From Thermoplasmatota archaeon (GTDB lineage Archaea; Thermoplasmatota; Thermoplasmata; UBA10834), in contig JBFMHR010000001.1 in the NCBI GenBank assembly GCA_040751795.1, positions 96,001-160,000 of the forward strand: a stretch of DNA of 64,000 bases, in the 5' to 3' direction. The translations under genes were made by a program, and so were the position numbers. The notes under the pieces are model-generated. The model ran no database searches, was not told the DNA's origin, and saw only the letters and a list, made by a program, of their open reading frames with translations. This document shows, piece after piece, positions 18,034-28,078 of this stretch (the stretch's first letter is position 1; each line of letters begins with the position of its first letter).

Positions 18034-19497
18034 GTGAGGGGCACGGCCTGGACCGGGACACTTCTCAAGAAGGACGACTACAGGTTCGAGATACCGAAGG
18101 GCTACAAGCCCTGCATGTCCACGTCCGCGGTCATATTCGCGGACGACAGCCTGATCCGCTCCGTCAAGGCGGACAACGCGCCCGAGCAGGCGGCGAACGT
18201 CGCGTGCCTCCCCGGGATAGTGGGCCGCTCCCTCGCGATGCCAGACATCCACTGGGGGTACGGCTTCCCCATCGGCGGGGTCGCCGCCTTCGACTCCGAG
18301 GAGGGGGTCATATCCCCAGGCGGGATAGGCTACGACGTCAACTGCGGCGTCAAGCTGGTCAGGACCGACCTCGCCGTGAAGGACGTCCAGCCCGCCATCA
18401 AGGGGCTCATCGACGCCGTATTCGACAACGTCCCCTCCGGCGTGGGCGAGAAGGGGAAGCTCAGGCTCACGGGCAAGGAGGTCGACGACGTCCTCGACGA
18501 GGGCGCCCGCTGGGCCGTCTCCAAGGGGTACGGCTGGGAGGACGACCTCGTCTCGTGCGAGGAGGGCGGCCGCATGGCCGGCGCGGACTCCTCCAAGGTC
18601 GACCAGAAGGCCAAGCAGAGGGGGGCGCCGCAGCTCGGGACCCTCGGCGGGGGCAACCACTTCCTCGAGATACAGAGGGTCGAGCGCATTTTCGACGAGG
18701 AGGCCGCGAAGGCCTTCGGGATCGTCGGGCCAGACCAGGTGATGGTCAGCATCCACTCCGGCTCCAGGGGCTGCGGGCACCAGATCGCCAGCGACTACAT
18801 CCGCGTGATGGAGTCCGCCATACGCAAGTACGGCATATCGGTCCCAGACAGGCAGCTGGCCTGCGCCCCGGTCGACTCCCAGGAGGGGCGGGACTGCTTC
18901 GCCGCGATGAGCGCGGCCGCCAACTACGCCTGGGCCAACAGGCAGCTCATCCTGCACTGGGTGAGGGAGTCGTTCGAGCAGGCGCTCGGGAGGAAGGCCG
19001 AGGAGATGGGGATGTCCTGCGTGTACGACGTGGCGCACAACATCTGCAAACTCGAGGAGCACCAGTTCGAGGGCAGGCGGATGAAGGTCTACGTCCACAG
19101 GAAGGGGGCGACCAGGGCCTTCGACGCCAGCAGGCCCGAGGTCCCCGCGAAGTACAGGGCCGTGGGCCAGCCGGTCCTGATACCCGGCGACATGGGCAGC
19201 TCCAGCTACGTCCTCGTGGGCACCCCGCAGGCGATGGCCGAGACCTGGGGCTCCACGTGCCACGGGGCCGGGAGGCTCATGTCGAGGAGCGCCGCGACGA
19301 GGAAGTTCACCGCCGACGACGTGGTGCGGATGCTCAAGGACCGCGGCGTCTACATCCGCGCGGCCTCGCGGGACGGCATCATCGAGGAGGCGCCGGGCGC
19401 GTACAAGGACGTCGACGAGGTCGTGGGCGTCGCCCACGGCGCGGGCATATCGAGGCTGGTGGCCAAGCTCAAGCCCATAGGCGTGATGAAGGGCTAG
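18034..19497 (+). CDS. rtcB: RNA-splicing ligase RtcB
   Basis: MPDIHWGYGFPIGG, GYDVNCG, GGGNHFLE, HSGSRG, HN, HRKGAT, HGAGR, EEAPGAYK. Start uncertain (GTG 18034). Confidence 0.95.
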   Translation: MRGTAWTGTLLKKDDYRFEIPKGYKPCMSTSAVIFADDSLIRSVKADNAPEQAANVACLPGIVGRSLAMPDIHWGYGFPIGGVAAFDSEEGVISPGGIGYDVNCGVKLVRTDLAVKDVQPAIKGLIDAVFDNVPSGVGEKGKLRLTGKEVDDVLDEGARWAVSKGYGWEDDLVSCEEGGRMAGADSSKVDQKAKQRGAPQLGTLGGGNHFLEIQRVERIFDEEAAKAFGIVGPDQVMVSIHSGSRGCGHQIASDYIRVMESAIRKYGISVPDRQLACAPVDSQEGRDCFAAMSAAANYAWANRQLILHWVRESFEQALGRKAEEMGMSCVYDVAHNICKLEEHQFEGRRMKVYVHRKGATRAFDASRPEVPAKYRAVGQPVLIPGDMGSSSYVLVGTPQAMAETWGSTCHGAGRLMSRSAATRKFTADDVVRMLKDRGVYIRAASRDGIIEEAPGAYKDVDEVVGVAHGAGISRLVAKLKPIGVMKG

Positions 19498-20816
19498 AGC
19501 CCGAGGACCTTCTCGGCCGCCTTGGCGACCTTCGCCTTGTGCCTCTCCGGGCAGGCGACCATCACCGCCCAGTCGTACGCCCTCCGGGACTGGAGCGCGG
19601 ACGCTATCGGGCTGAGCCTCGGGAGGAGGCGTATCTTGCCCTGCTGGAGGATCCTCACGTCCATGAGGGACATCCTCGGCTCCGAGACGGGGATCTCCGA
19701 GGACGGGACGTCGATGACGACATGGCCGGGTTCGAGCCCCGCCCTGGTCGCGATATCCTCCTCCGCGGACCTCCGCCTTTTCATGTCGCCCAGGCGGTCT
19801 ACGGCCTCCCACTGGCCCTCCGAGACGTCCGTCACCGCGATGGCGTAGGCCTTCTTGAAGAGCCTGCGGTACTTGATCAGCGTGGCGATCTCCCTGCAGA
19901 GGCCCCCCTCCGAGTTGAGCCTCGAGAGGAGGGTCGCGTCCGTCATCTGGTGCATGGAGTATATGTCCTCGGGGCCGAAGCCCTCCACCGCCTTGGCGAG
20001 CATCAGCTCCGATATGCGGACGGTCTTGTGGAAGTACACGGACGTGAACATGAGGGACCTCGCCACCAGCATCCCCTCGACGGCGCTGAGGCCGCCCCTC
20101 TCTATCACCAGGTCGCCGTTGAAGAGGTCGAAGGTCTCGACCAGGCGGTCCAGGTCTATGACGCCGTACGCGACCCCCGTGTAGTGCGCGTCCCGGACGA
20201 GGTAGTCTAGCTGGTCCGCGTCCACGGTGCCGCTCACCATCTGGGACATGTAGCGGCGGGAGTTGAAGTGCGCCTGCCCGTGGTGCCTGTCGAGGCCCCT
20301 CGCCGGGCGCTGCGCCTCGGCCCCCTCGAGGAGGCTGGCGACCTCCTTCGGGTCGAGGCCCATCCGCTCGATGGCCTCGGGGACCGAGACGTGCTTGCCG
20401 AGGACCTTGCGCTCCTCCTCGGTCAGCACCGAGTCCTCCCCGCGGATCATCCGCCTGGAGATCTCGGCGTGGTCTATCCCGAACTGCTCGTGGAGGACCA
20501 TCTCGAAGGTGTGCGAGTAGGGGAGGTGCCCGACGTCGTGGAGCAGGGCGGCGGCCCTGACCATGGACGACTCCCTCGCGTCCAGGCCGAGGGACGAGCA
20601 CATCCTGCCCGCGACGGCGAAGGCGCCGAGGGAGTGCTCGAAGCGGGTGTGGTTCGCGCCCGGGTAGACGAGGTACGCGAGGCCGAGCTGGTGGATGCTG
20701 TGGAGCCTCTGCAGCTCCGGCGCCGCGGCGAGGGCGAGGAACTCGTGGTCCACCCTGATGCTCCCGTGTACCGAGTCCCTTATGGTCTTGTGCTCGGACA
20801 TCGCGTCGGAGGACAC
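19494..20816 (-). CDS. HD-domain phosphohydrolase (COG1078, SAMHD1/dNTPase-like)
   Basis: IRDSVHG, QRL..IHQLG, HTRFEHSLG, LLHDVGH.PYSH, DADQLDYL.RD. Confidence 0.9.
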   Translation of the reverse strand: MSSDAMSEHKTIRDSVHGSIRVDHEFLALAAAPELQRLHSIHQLGLAYLVYPGANHTRFEHSLGAFAVAGRMCSSLGLDARESSMVRAAALLHDVGHLPYSHTFEMVLHEQFGIDHAEISRRMIRGEDSVLTEEERKVLGKHVSVPEAIERMGLDPKEVASLLEGAEAQRPARGLDRHHGQAHFNSRRYMSQMVSGTVDADQLDYLVRDAHYTGVAYGVIDLDRLVETFDLFNGDLVIERGGLSAVEGMLVARSLMFTSVYFHKTVRISELMLAKAVEGFGPEDIYSMHQMTDATLLSRLNSEGGLCREIATLIKYRRLFKKAYAIAVTDVSEGQWEAVDRLGDMKRRRSAEEDIATRAGLEPGHVVIDVPSSEIPVSEPRMSLMDVRILQQGKIRLLPRLSPIASALQSRRAYDWAVMVACPERHKAKVAKAAEKVLGL

Positions 20817-20978
20817 ATTATCCGGATATAAGGGTTCACTATGACCGTGGCAACGGGGCCACCTACGGGCCCGCGCGCAGGCCGCCCGACATTATTGAAC
20901 ATGATACCGGAGGCCAAACGCTTTTAAGAGGGGCGACCGATGCTTTACCGTAGCCTCGCCCCCCGGAGGCATCTCGCC

Positions 20979-21707
20979 ATGACATCGGATCTCGGCACGG
21001 ATAGCGAAGACAGGGTTCAGCTGTTCATAGACGGCTTCGACAACAAGATCGGCGGAGGGATCAAGAAGGGCCACGTGGTGCTCCTCGCGGGCACCCCCGG
21101 CACCATGAAGTCCTCCATCGCCATGAACATGCTCATCAACAGCGTGAAGAAGAAGGGCGTGAACGTCCTCTACGTGAGCATCGAGGAGAGCAAGGAGAGC
21201 CTCCTCTCCGCCATAGAGATGCTCGGCCTGGGGAAGGTCGACGAGAACAAGTTCTTCATAGTCGACATCGGGAAGCTGAGGCTGGAGCACACCGACGCGG
21301 ACGTCGGGAGGGACTGGTTCAAGATCCTCAAGGAGTACCTGAGGAAGAAGGTCGAGAACGAGGGCGTCGAGGTGGTCGTCGTCGACTCCCTCACGGCGAT
21401 ATACTCCCTCGCCACGATACCCAATCCGAGGCAGGAGCTGTTCCACTTCTTCGGGTTCCTGAAGAAGCTGGGCGTCACGACCTTCCTGATATCGGAGACG
21501 CAGCAGAACGGGAACGCGTTCGGGCCGTACAACGAGGACTTCCTGGCGGACGGCGCCATACTGCTCAAGTTCGTGGAGGTCGGGGAGACCGACGTCCAGC
21601 TGAGGATCAGGGCCGTCAAGATGAGGCACTCGAAGATACACCACGGCTACCTGACGCTGCTCTACAAGGACGGAAGGTTCTCAGCCATCACCCCGCTCTC
21701 GGAGTGA
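20979..21707 (+). CDS. KaiC/RAD55-like RecA-fold ATPase
   Basis: Walker A variant GTPGTMKS, SIEE, VVDSL, ADG, KMR. Confidence 0.85.
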   Translation: MTSDLGTDSEDRVQLFIDGFDNKIGGGIKKGHVVLLAGTPGTMKSSIAMNMLINSVKKKGVNVLYVSIEESKESLLSAIEMLGLGKVDENKFFIVDIGKLRLEHTDADVGRDWFKILKEYLRKKVENEGVEVVVVDSLTAIYSLATIPNPRQELFHFFGFLKKLGVTTFLISETQQNGNAFGPYNEDFLADGAILLKFVEVGETDVQLRIRAVKMRHSKIHHGYLTLLYKDGRFSAITPLSE

Positions 21708-21746
21708 CGGCGCGCGAGGCCCCCCGGGGGCCCGCGCCAAGGGGGC

Positions 21747-22148
21747 TCAGAAGCCGCCCTTGAGCTTGTTCCTGTCTATCTTGATCGACCTGGGCGTGAC
21801 CATGAGGAGGTTCTTCCCCACTCCGGCGACGTCGCCGTCGACGTCCCTCGCCACGTTCTTGAGCTCGGCGGTCAGGCGCTTCATCGTGAGGTCGTCGTTC
21901 GCGACCGAGGTGTAGTCTATCACCAGTATGTTCCCCGAGTAGACCTGGCTCGTGAGGTTGGACAGGTCGTCGTACCTGAACAGCTCGCCGACCTTCACCA
22001 CGGTCTGGGCGCCCTCGGTGCCGAGGACCCCCTCGTCCTCGAAGACCATGTCCGTCAGGTCGATGTACTGCTCTGCGCCCATCGTGTCCCTCGATTCGTT
22101 GTCAGCGGTTCCAGCGAAGGGTTTCTTCTTGAGAATCGTCAAGTGCAT
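21747..22148 (-). CDS. sepF: Cell division protein SepF (archaeal)
   Basis: YIDL motif, VYSGNILVID, DVDGDVAG..KNLLMVTP..IKIDR. Confidence 0.8.
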   Translation of the reverse strand: MHLTILKKKPFAGTADNESRDTMGAEQYIDLTDMVFEDEGVLGTEGAQTVVKVGELFRYDDLSNLTSQVYSGNILVIDYTSVANDDLTMKRLTAELKNVARDVDGDVAGVGKNLLMVTPRSIKIDRNKLKGGF

Positions 22149-22185
22149 CCCTCGCCAGCGTAATCACGTTGTTCGGATATAAATC

Positions 22186-22728
22186 CTACTGGTCGGGCTC
22201 AGGAGGCCCTTCGCCCTCCTCCTCGGCCTCTTCCTCCTCCTCGTCGACAAGCCACAGCTTGTCGCCCACGAAGTGCACCGAGGAGACGACCTTCCCCTTC
22301 GGCTTGGAGCGCATCGCCTCGCCGGTGACGAGGGCCCTCCCGATCGCCAGCGGGCGCCTGTTCCTCTCGTCCCTGATCCAGACCATGACCCCCTCGGCGA
22401 TGCCCGGGTCCGCGTCCACGACCCCCGGGCCCATGACGTCCGCCCCGTTGGCGACGAACCGGACCGCGCCCATGTCGACGGTGACGTACCCCTTCGTCGC
22501 CGGGTACCTCAGCAGGCCCCGCACCGTCAGGAACGGGACGCCGTCCATGACGACCGCCATCACCTTCCCGTCGACCATTATGGCGTCGTAGCCCGGCCCC
22601 TCGGCCATGTCGACCGTGTCCGAGGCCGAGAACACCCTCGCCCCCGTCGCAGCCTCTATCGCGGAGGCGACGGAGGCGATGTCCTTCTGCCTCATCCTGT
22701 GCCTCTTCCTCAGCCGCACGTCGGTCAT
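22186..22728 (-). CDS. PUA-domain RNA-binding protein (MCT-1/COG2016-like)
   Basis: VDMGAVRFVANGADVMGPG, LAIG, KGK, HFVGDKLW. Confidence 0.9.
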   Translation of the reverse strand: MTDVRLRKRHRMRQKDIASVASAIEAATGARVFSASDTVDMAEGPGYDAIMVDGKVMAVVMDGVPFLTVRGLLRYPATKGYVTVDMGAVRFVANGADVMGPGVVDADPGIAEGVMVWIRDERNRRPLAIGRALVTGEAMRSKPKGKVVSSVHFVGDKLWLVDEEEEEAEEEGEGPPEPDQ

Positions 22729-24839
22729 CCACGGCCACCGTCCTTCCGCCCGGGCGCGGCCCCGGCCGCCTCCTCCTCCGCGGCCGGCTGCGCCGTCCCT
22801 GCGAGCGCCATGTGGGCGCGCCTGATCAGGCCGGTCGCGCCCGGCTCCGTGGGGTCGATGCCCAGCGCGGTCCTCGCGGCGTCCAGGGCCTCCTTCGGCC
22901 TGCCCATCCGCAGCCTCACCCGCGCGAGGGACTCCGACGACGTGTAGTCCGAGGGCTCCTCCCCGATGGCCTTGATGTACTCCGACTCCGCGGCCGCCAA
23001 CTCCCCCTTCGCCTCGGCGAGCTCCCCCTTCAGCCTGTGGGCGGCGGCGCACGAGACCCCCGAGAGCAGGGCCTCCACCTCGTCCTCGGGGAGCCCGGCC
23101 CTCGCGTACGCGCGCGCCTCGAGGTACGAGATGCGGGCGCGCGACGCGTCGTTGACCGAGACCCTCTCAAGGACGACGAGGGCCTCGTCGTGCATCCCCC
23201 TGTCGAGGAGGAGCTCGCAGTAGTCGAGGAGGACGCACGGGTCCCTCACCGACTCGAGGGCGTCCCTGAGGCCCTCAGGGATGGGCATCTGGGTGGACAC
23301 CCTCAGTATCTTGATGCAGTCGCTGCCGATCCCGGGGTCGAAGGTCCTCGTGGTCATGGCGTCGCAGAGGAGCTCGGTCGCCTCGGAGAACTTCCCGAGC
23401 CTCAGGAGGACGTTGCCCTTCCGCCTCAGCTGCGCCGACTCGCCCTGGGACCCGCTCCTCATCGGGGGGAACAGGTTCAGCGATGTCCTGTACGACGCCT
23501 CCGCCGCGAGCGAGTCGCCCATGGCGGAGAGGATGTCGCCCCTGTCCGCCCAGCCGTCGGCGTAGCCCGGGTTCACCGCCAGCGCCTCCTCGATCGCGTT
23601 CAGGGCCTCGTCCCAGCGGCCCAGCATCCGCGCGACCCTGGACTTGGCCTTCCAGGCCTCGTCGTAGTCCGGGTTGAGCGCTATCGACTCGAGTATGAGG
23701 TCGTACCCCTCCTCCGGCCTCCCCGTCATGGAGAGGCACATCCCCTTGGCGTAGAGGGCGTAGTCGAAGTCGGGGCGGATCTCGAGCGAGCGCTCGTGGA
23801 AGGGGATGGCCTCGGCCCACATGCCCATCTTCTCCAGGGCGTTGCCTATGTTGTTCCAGGCGATCTCGTAGTCCGGATCCACCTTCAGCGCCTCGACGAA
23901 GAGGGGGACTGAGTCGGCGAACCTCCCCAGGTTGTAGAGGGCGTTTCCCAGGTTGTTCCAGAGGACGCGGTCCCTGTGGTCGATCTCGAGGGCCTTCCTG
24001 TAGCACTCGACGGCCTCGTTCAGCCTCTCGGCGCCGTGGTACGCGTACCCCTTGTTGTACCATGCGTGCTTGTACCCAGGGTCGATGGCCAGGGCCCTGT
24101 CGAAGGCGGCGAGGGCCGGGTCGAGGAAGCCCGCGCAGAAGAGGGAGTAGCCCATGTTGTTGAGGATCTCCTTGTTGTTGGGCGACATGACAAGGGCCTT
24201 CTCGAACGACTGGACGGCCATGGCGAAGTTGCCGGACTCGTGGTACGCCGTCCCGAGCAGGGACATCGCCTCGGGCGAGTCGCCCCTGAGCCTCATGTGC
24301 TCCCTGCAGGCGTCCGCCGCCGCCTCGTAGAGGCCGAGGTCGAGCAGTATCTCCGCCGCCATAAGGTGGAGGGCGGGGTCCCTGGAGCCCGAGGAGAGCA
24401 TCCGGTCCACGACGGCCTTGGCGCGCCTCACCCTCCCGAGCTTGGAGTAGGAGTTGGCCAGGCCGGCGAGGTTCTGCACCCTCGACGGGTTGAGGGAGGA
24501 GGCCCGCTTGTAGGCGTCGGCGGCCCCCTCGAAGAGGCCCTGGGCGAGGAGGCAGTTGCCGAGGTTGTGCCAGGCGAGCTCGTAGCCCGGGGAGCGCTTG
24601 ACCGCGGCCATGTAGCCCTCGGCCGCGCGCCCGCACTGCCCGAGGGCGTCGAGGGCGGCGGCCCTGTTGTTGTGGGCCACCTCGGTGTCGACCCCCGACG
24701 CCATGGCCTCGTCGAAGAGGCTGAGCGCTCTGGGGTAGTCTCCTGCATCGTAGGCCGCGTTGGCCTGCTCCAGTAGGGCCGATGCGCCCAGCTTCCTGGT
24801 CGCCCCGGCTTCGTCGGAGGGGGTCACTCGGGTTACCAT
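22725..24839 (-). CDS. Tetratricopeptide repeat protein
   Basis: More than 12 TPRs (AWHNLG, AWYNKG, LWNNLGNAL, AWNNIG). Confidence 0.9.
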   Translation of the reverse strand: MVTRVTPSDEAGATRKLGASALLEQANAAYDAGDYPRALSLFDEAMASGVDTEVAHNNRAAALDALGQCGRAAEGYMAAVKRSPGYELAWHNLGNCLLAQGLFEGAADAYKRASSLNPSRVQNLAGLANSYSKLGRVRRAKAVVDRMLSSGSRDPALHLMAAEILLDLGLYEAAADACREHMRLRGDSPEAMSLLGTAYHESGNFAMAVQSFEKALVMSPNNKEILNNMGYSLFCAGFLDPALAAFDRALAIDPGYKHAWYNKGYAYHGAERLNEAVECYRKALEIDHRDRVLWNNLGNALYNLGRFADSVPLFVEALKVDPDYEIAWNNIGNALEKMGMWAEAIPFHERSLEIRPDFDYALYAKGMCLSMTGRPEEGYDLILESIALNPDYDEAWKAKSRVARMLGRWDEALNAIEEALAVNPGYADGWADRGDILSAMGDSLAAEASYRTSLNLFPPMRSGSQGESAQLRRKGNVLLRLGKFSEATELLCDAMTTRTFDPGIGSDCIKILRVSTQMPIPEGLRDALESVRDPCVLLDYCELLLDRGMHDEALVVLERVSVNDASRARISYLEARAYARAGLPEDEVEALLSGVSCAAAHRLKGELAEAKGELAAAESEYIKAIGEEPSDYTSSESLARVRLRMGRPKEALDAARTALGIDPTEPGATGLIRRAHMALAGTAQPAAEEEAAGAAPGRKDGGRG

Positions 24840-24939
24840 GACGTAATTGGTAGATATCCTTTTCCCGGTTCCGCCATTCGCGACGTTTGGCCAAAGCTTA
24901 TATCAGGATTAGATTATAATTAGCTGGAGCGGTGTCTAG

Positions 24940-25728
24940 ATGCTGGTTCTGTTCGGGCGCACCCCCAGGTCCATGGTGACGGCCTTCCTGGTCAGCAGGA
25001 ACACGGGGGCGAAGCCGGCCCTCAGGGAGCAGGGGAGGCAGTTCTACTTCGACGAGACGCTCGACGCGGACGCCGTTGACTACGACGCCCAGTACAAGGA
25101 GTTCCGGGAGAGGTTCGGCGGCCTCGACTTCCTGGAGGACGAGAAGCTGTACGAGATAGTCGAGGACGAGGTGTTCTGGGCCTCCAGGTACAGCTCCCCC
25201 GACAGGTTCGTCCTGATCTTCACCGTCCTCGGGCAGATCGAGAAGGAGGGCACCAGGGCCTACCTCGCCCAGAGGAGCCCCGAGGCCAAGGAGATGAAGG
25301 ACCGCATAAGGCGCGTGGTCGGGGAGTTCCGGAGGGCGAAGGTGTTCATCACGTTCCAGGAGGACGAGAGGAACAAGGTCCTGATAGGCAAGGCGGGCCT
25401 GGAGCACGACATCGCGGACCTCGTCCTCAGGCACTTCGCCAAGAAGCGCCCCGGCTACTCCGTCGCCCTGCTGGGGGACGACACCGTCCACATATGCTAC
25501 AACGACGAGATCCTCGTGGACGCGAGGGGCAGGTTCCCGGAGAGGATCTCGAGGAAGGACTCGGGGAGGTACTGGACCATGATGACGGACGTCAAGCACC
25601 TCGAGTCGAGGAGGGACCCCAAGTACTCCGCGGAGCCCCTACCGAAGAACTACTGGAAGTGGGTCGCCGAGGGGGCGCAGGACGAGCAGCCGCGCCCGAA
25701 GGTCACCCTGGAGGACTTCGGGGCCTGA
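24940..25728 (+). CDS. Hypothetical protein, DUF4130-like
   Basis: VGEFRRAKVFITF, EHDIADLVLRHFAK, LPKNYWKW resemble DUF4130/TIGR03915 motifs (from memory). Confidence 0.55.
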   Translation: MLVLFGRTPRSMVTAFLVSRNTGAKPALREQGRQFYFDETLDADAVDYDAQYKEFRERFGGLDFLEDEKLYEIVEDEVFWASRYSSPDRFVLIFTVLGQIEKEGTRAYLAQRSPEAKEMKDRIRRVVGEFRRAKVFITFQEDERNKVLIGKAGLEHDIADLVLRHFAKKRPGYSVALLGDDTVHICYNDEILVDARGRFPERISRKDSGRYWTMMTDVKHLESRRDPKYSAEPLPKNYWKWVAEGAQDEQPRPKVTLEDFGA

Positions 25729-25827
25729 TGGCGGCGGGCCGGCGCCCTCCCAGGCCGGCGGAGCCAGCCGAAAAGTTACTTAAGGCGCGATATCGTTCGA
25801 GTATGGGCACACACCTGAGGGAATCAG

Positions 25828-26547
25828 TTGAGGAACCCCACCCCCTGCGTCGGCCCCGAGGAGATCGGCGTCCTGATGGACCTCCTCAGCCACGACATGC
25901 TCAACAACAACCAGGCGACCCTGAGCTACCTCGAGCTGATACACTCCTCCAAGGTGGACAGGAGGACCAGGGAGTTCGCCGAGAAGGCGGCGTCCCAGGT
26001 CCACACGTCCTCCATGCTCCTGGACAGCATCAGGCGCTTCGTGACGTCGTCCAGGGCCGGGCCCCTCGCGGCCAGGCCCGTCGACCTGAAGGCAGCCCTC
26101 GCGGGGGTCGCCCGCGAGATCCCCGAGATGTTCCCGCACAAGCGCGTGACGGTGGACGCATCCGGCCTGGAGGCGGGGACGGAAGTCCTCGGAGGACAGA
26201 GCGTCAGCGACCTGTTCATGAACCTCATAGCCAACCTGGTGCAGCTCGACCCCGGCGAGGAGGTCCGCGTCCAGGTGCGGCCCTGCGGCAGGGACCGCGG
26301 GGCCCAGGGCGCCGTGAAGGTCGAAGTGGCCGCGCCGACGGCCGCGCTGCCGCAGGGGGTCGGGGATGACATCTTCGCCCACGCCAGGGCGGAGGACCTC
26401 TCGAAGATGTCGAGGGTGTCGGGAGCCGTGTTCGCGGGGAGCGTAGCCAGGGCCCTGGGGGGGTCCGTCTCCGCCTGCGCGCCGGGGACGAAGAGGGGGC
26501 GCGGCTGCGTCTTCGAGGTCACGCTGAAGGGGGCGGGCCGGGCATGA
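25828..26547 (+). CDS. Sensorless histidine-kinase-like protein (degenerate HATPase)
   Basis: H-box DLLSHDMLNNNQ and N-box LFMNLIAN. No DxGxG or GxGLG boxes. Confidence 0.7.
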   Translation: MRNPTPCVGPEEIGVLMDLLSHDMLNNNQATLSYLELIHSSKVDRRTREFAEKAASQVHTSSMLLDSIRRFVTSSRAGPLAARPVDLKAALAGVAREIPEMFPHKRVTVDASGLEAGTEVLGGQSVSDLFMNLIANLVQLDPGEEVRVQVRPCGRDRGAQGAVKVEVAAPTAALPQGVGDDIFAHARAEDLSKMSRVSGAVFAGSVARALGGSVSACAPGTKRGRGCVFEVTLKGAGRA

Positions 26548-26906
26548 CGTCGGTCATGATAGTGGACGACGAGCTCTTCATCGTGGAGCTCTACAGGGAC
26601 ATACTCCAGCTCAGGGGATACAAGGTCGTGGGCACGGCCTTCGACGGGGAGGAGGCCGTGAGGAGGTACAGGGCGCTGCCCGAGAAGCCCGACGTCATAA
26701 TAATGGACCACCGCATGCCCGTGATGAACGGCGTCGAGGCGACCAAGGAGATCATACGCGGCAACCCCGCCCAGAAGATCATCTTCGTGAGCGCAGACGT
26801 GCTCATAGAGAAGGACGCGCGCGACGCGGGCGCTGCGGAGTTCCTCCCCAAGCCGTTCCGGATGGACGACCTCATAGAGAAGATGCAGAGGGTGTCGGCC
26901 TCCTGA
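26544..26906 (+). CDS. Single-domain response regulator (CheY-like)
   Basis: IVDDE, IIMDHRMP, SA, KPF. ATGA overlap with the upstream gene. Confidence 0.92.
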   Translation: MTSVMIVDDELFIVELYRDILQLRGYKVVGTAFDGEEAVRRYRALPEKPDVIIMDHRMPVMNGVEATKEIIRGNPAQKIIFVSADVLIEKDARDAGAAEFLPKPFRMDDLIEKMQRVSAS

Positions 26907-27001
26907 GCGGGGCGTGCTGGCAGATTTATTCTTGCGTGACGATACATCCCGATAAGTTGAAGAACAGGACGAGCATATTACTGCGAAGGTAGGGCGTCCC
27001 G

Positions 27002-28063
27002 ATGGATGGATTCAAGAAGGTCCGCGCGATGAGCTTCCCGAGGCAGGTCCTCACCGGGCACGACGTCATCGGCCAGGCGGGGTCCATGTGCGAGGAGTTC
27101 GAGTTCCAGGGGACCGGCCTGATAGTCACCGGGCAGACGACCGGGGAGCTCGCGGCCAGGCAGGTCGAGCAGATCCTCAGGGACAAGGGGTTCGAGGTCC
27201 AGTCCATCGTCGTCGGTGAGGCGAGCAGGGGCAACCTCGTCAAGGTCGAGGAGGTGGCCAAGGACGTCAAGGCCTCGTTCCTCCTGGGCGTGGGCGGGGG
27301 CAGCAAGATAGACCTCGCCAAGCTCGCCTCGTTCAACCTGAAGATGCCCTTCCTGAGCGTCCCGACCTCCGCCTCGCACGACGGCATCGCCAGCCCAAGG
27401 GCCTCGATCAAGGACGGGGGCAACTCCCTCTCCCTGAACGCCAGCGTCCCCATGGGCGTCATAGCGGACACCAAGGTCATCTTCAAGGCGCCCTACAGGC
27501 TCCTCGCCTCCGGGTGCGCCGACGTCATATCCAACACCGCGGCCATCCTGGACTGGCAGCTCGCGGACCGCCTCAGGAGCGAGTTCATCAGCTCCAGCGC
27601 GGCGAGCCTCGCCAAGTACGCGGCCGAGGCGATCATAGAGAACGCGGCCGCGATCAAGCCCAACCTCGAGGAGAGCGTTTGGGTCGCCATACGGCCCATT
27701 ATCATCTCCGGCATCTCCATGGCCGTGGCGGGCTCGTCGCGCCCGACGAGCGGCTCCGAGCACATGTTCTCTCACGTTCTCGACAGGATCGCGCCCGGCA
27801 AGGCCCTCCACGGGGAGCAGTGCGGCGTCGGTTCGATCATGATGATGTACCTGCACGGGGGGGACTGGCAGCGCATACGGGACGCCCTCCAACTCATAGG
27901 CGCGCCCACGAGCGCCGGGGAGCTCGGGGTGACGAGGGAGCAGGTCATAGACGCTCTCGTGCACGCGCACGAGCTGCGGAAGGACCGGTACACCATCCTG
28001 GGGGACCGCGGGCTCACGCCCGACGCGGCGGAACGCCTGGCGACGATCACGAAAGTGATATGA
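27002..28063 (+). CDS. egsA: sn-glycerol-1-phosphate dehydrogenase
   Basis: GVGGGSKID, PTSASHDGIAS, SRPTSGSEH, LHGEQCG, RYTIL. Confidence 0.95.
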   Translation: MDGFKKVRAMSFPRQVLTGHDVIGQAGSMCEEFEFQGTGLIVTGQTTGELAARQVEQILRDKGFEVQSIVVGEASRGNLVKVEEVAKDVKASFLLGVGGGSKIDLAKLASFNLKMPFLSVPTSASHDGIASPRASIKDGGNSLSLNASVPMGVIADTKVIFKAPYRLLASGCADVISNTAAILDWQLADRLRSEFISSSAASLAKYAAEAIIENAAAIKPNLEESVWVAIRPIIISGISMAVAGSSRPTSGSEHMFSHVLDRIAPGKALHGEQCGVGSIMMMYLHGGDWQRIRDALQLIGAPTSAGELGVTREQVIDALVHAHELRKDRYTILGDRGLTPDAAERLATITKVI

Positions 28064-28078
28064 TGGGAGGTATCGGCA

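Noticed and set aside
14697-20601. Very long antisense or alternate-frame ORFs (e.g. 14697-17840, 17728-20601; likewise 31233-33734 and 50559-53933)
   Set aside because: Shadow ORFs produced by high GC3 in real genes. They are Arg/Gly/Pro-rich with no motifs.
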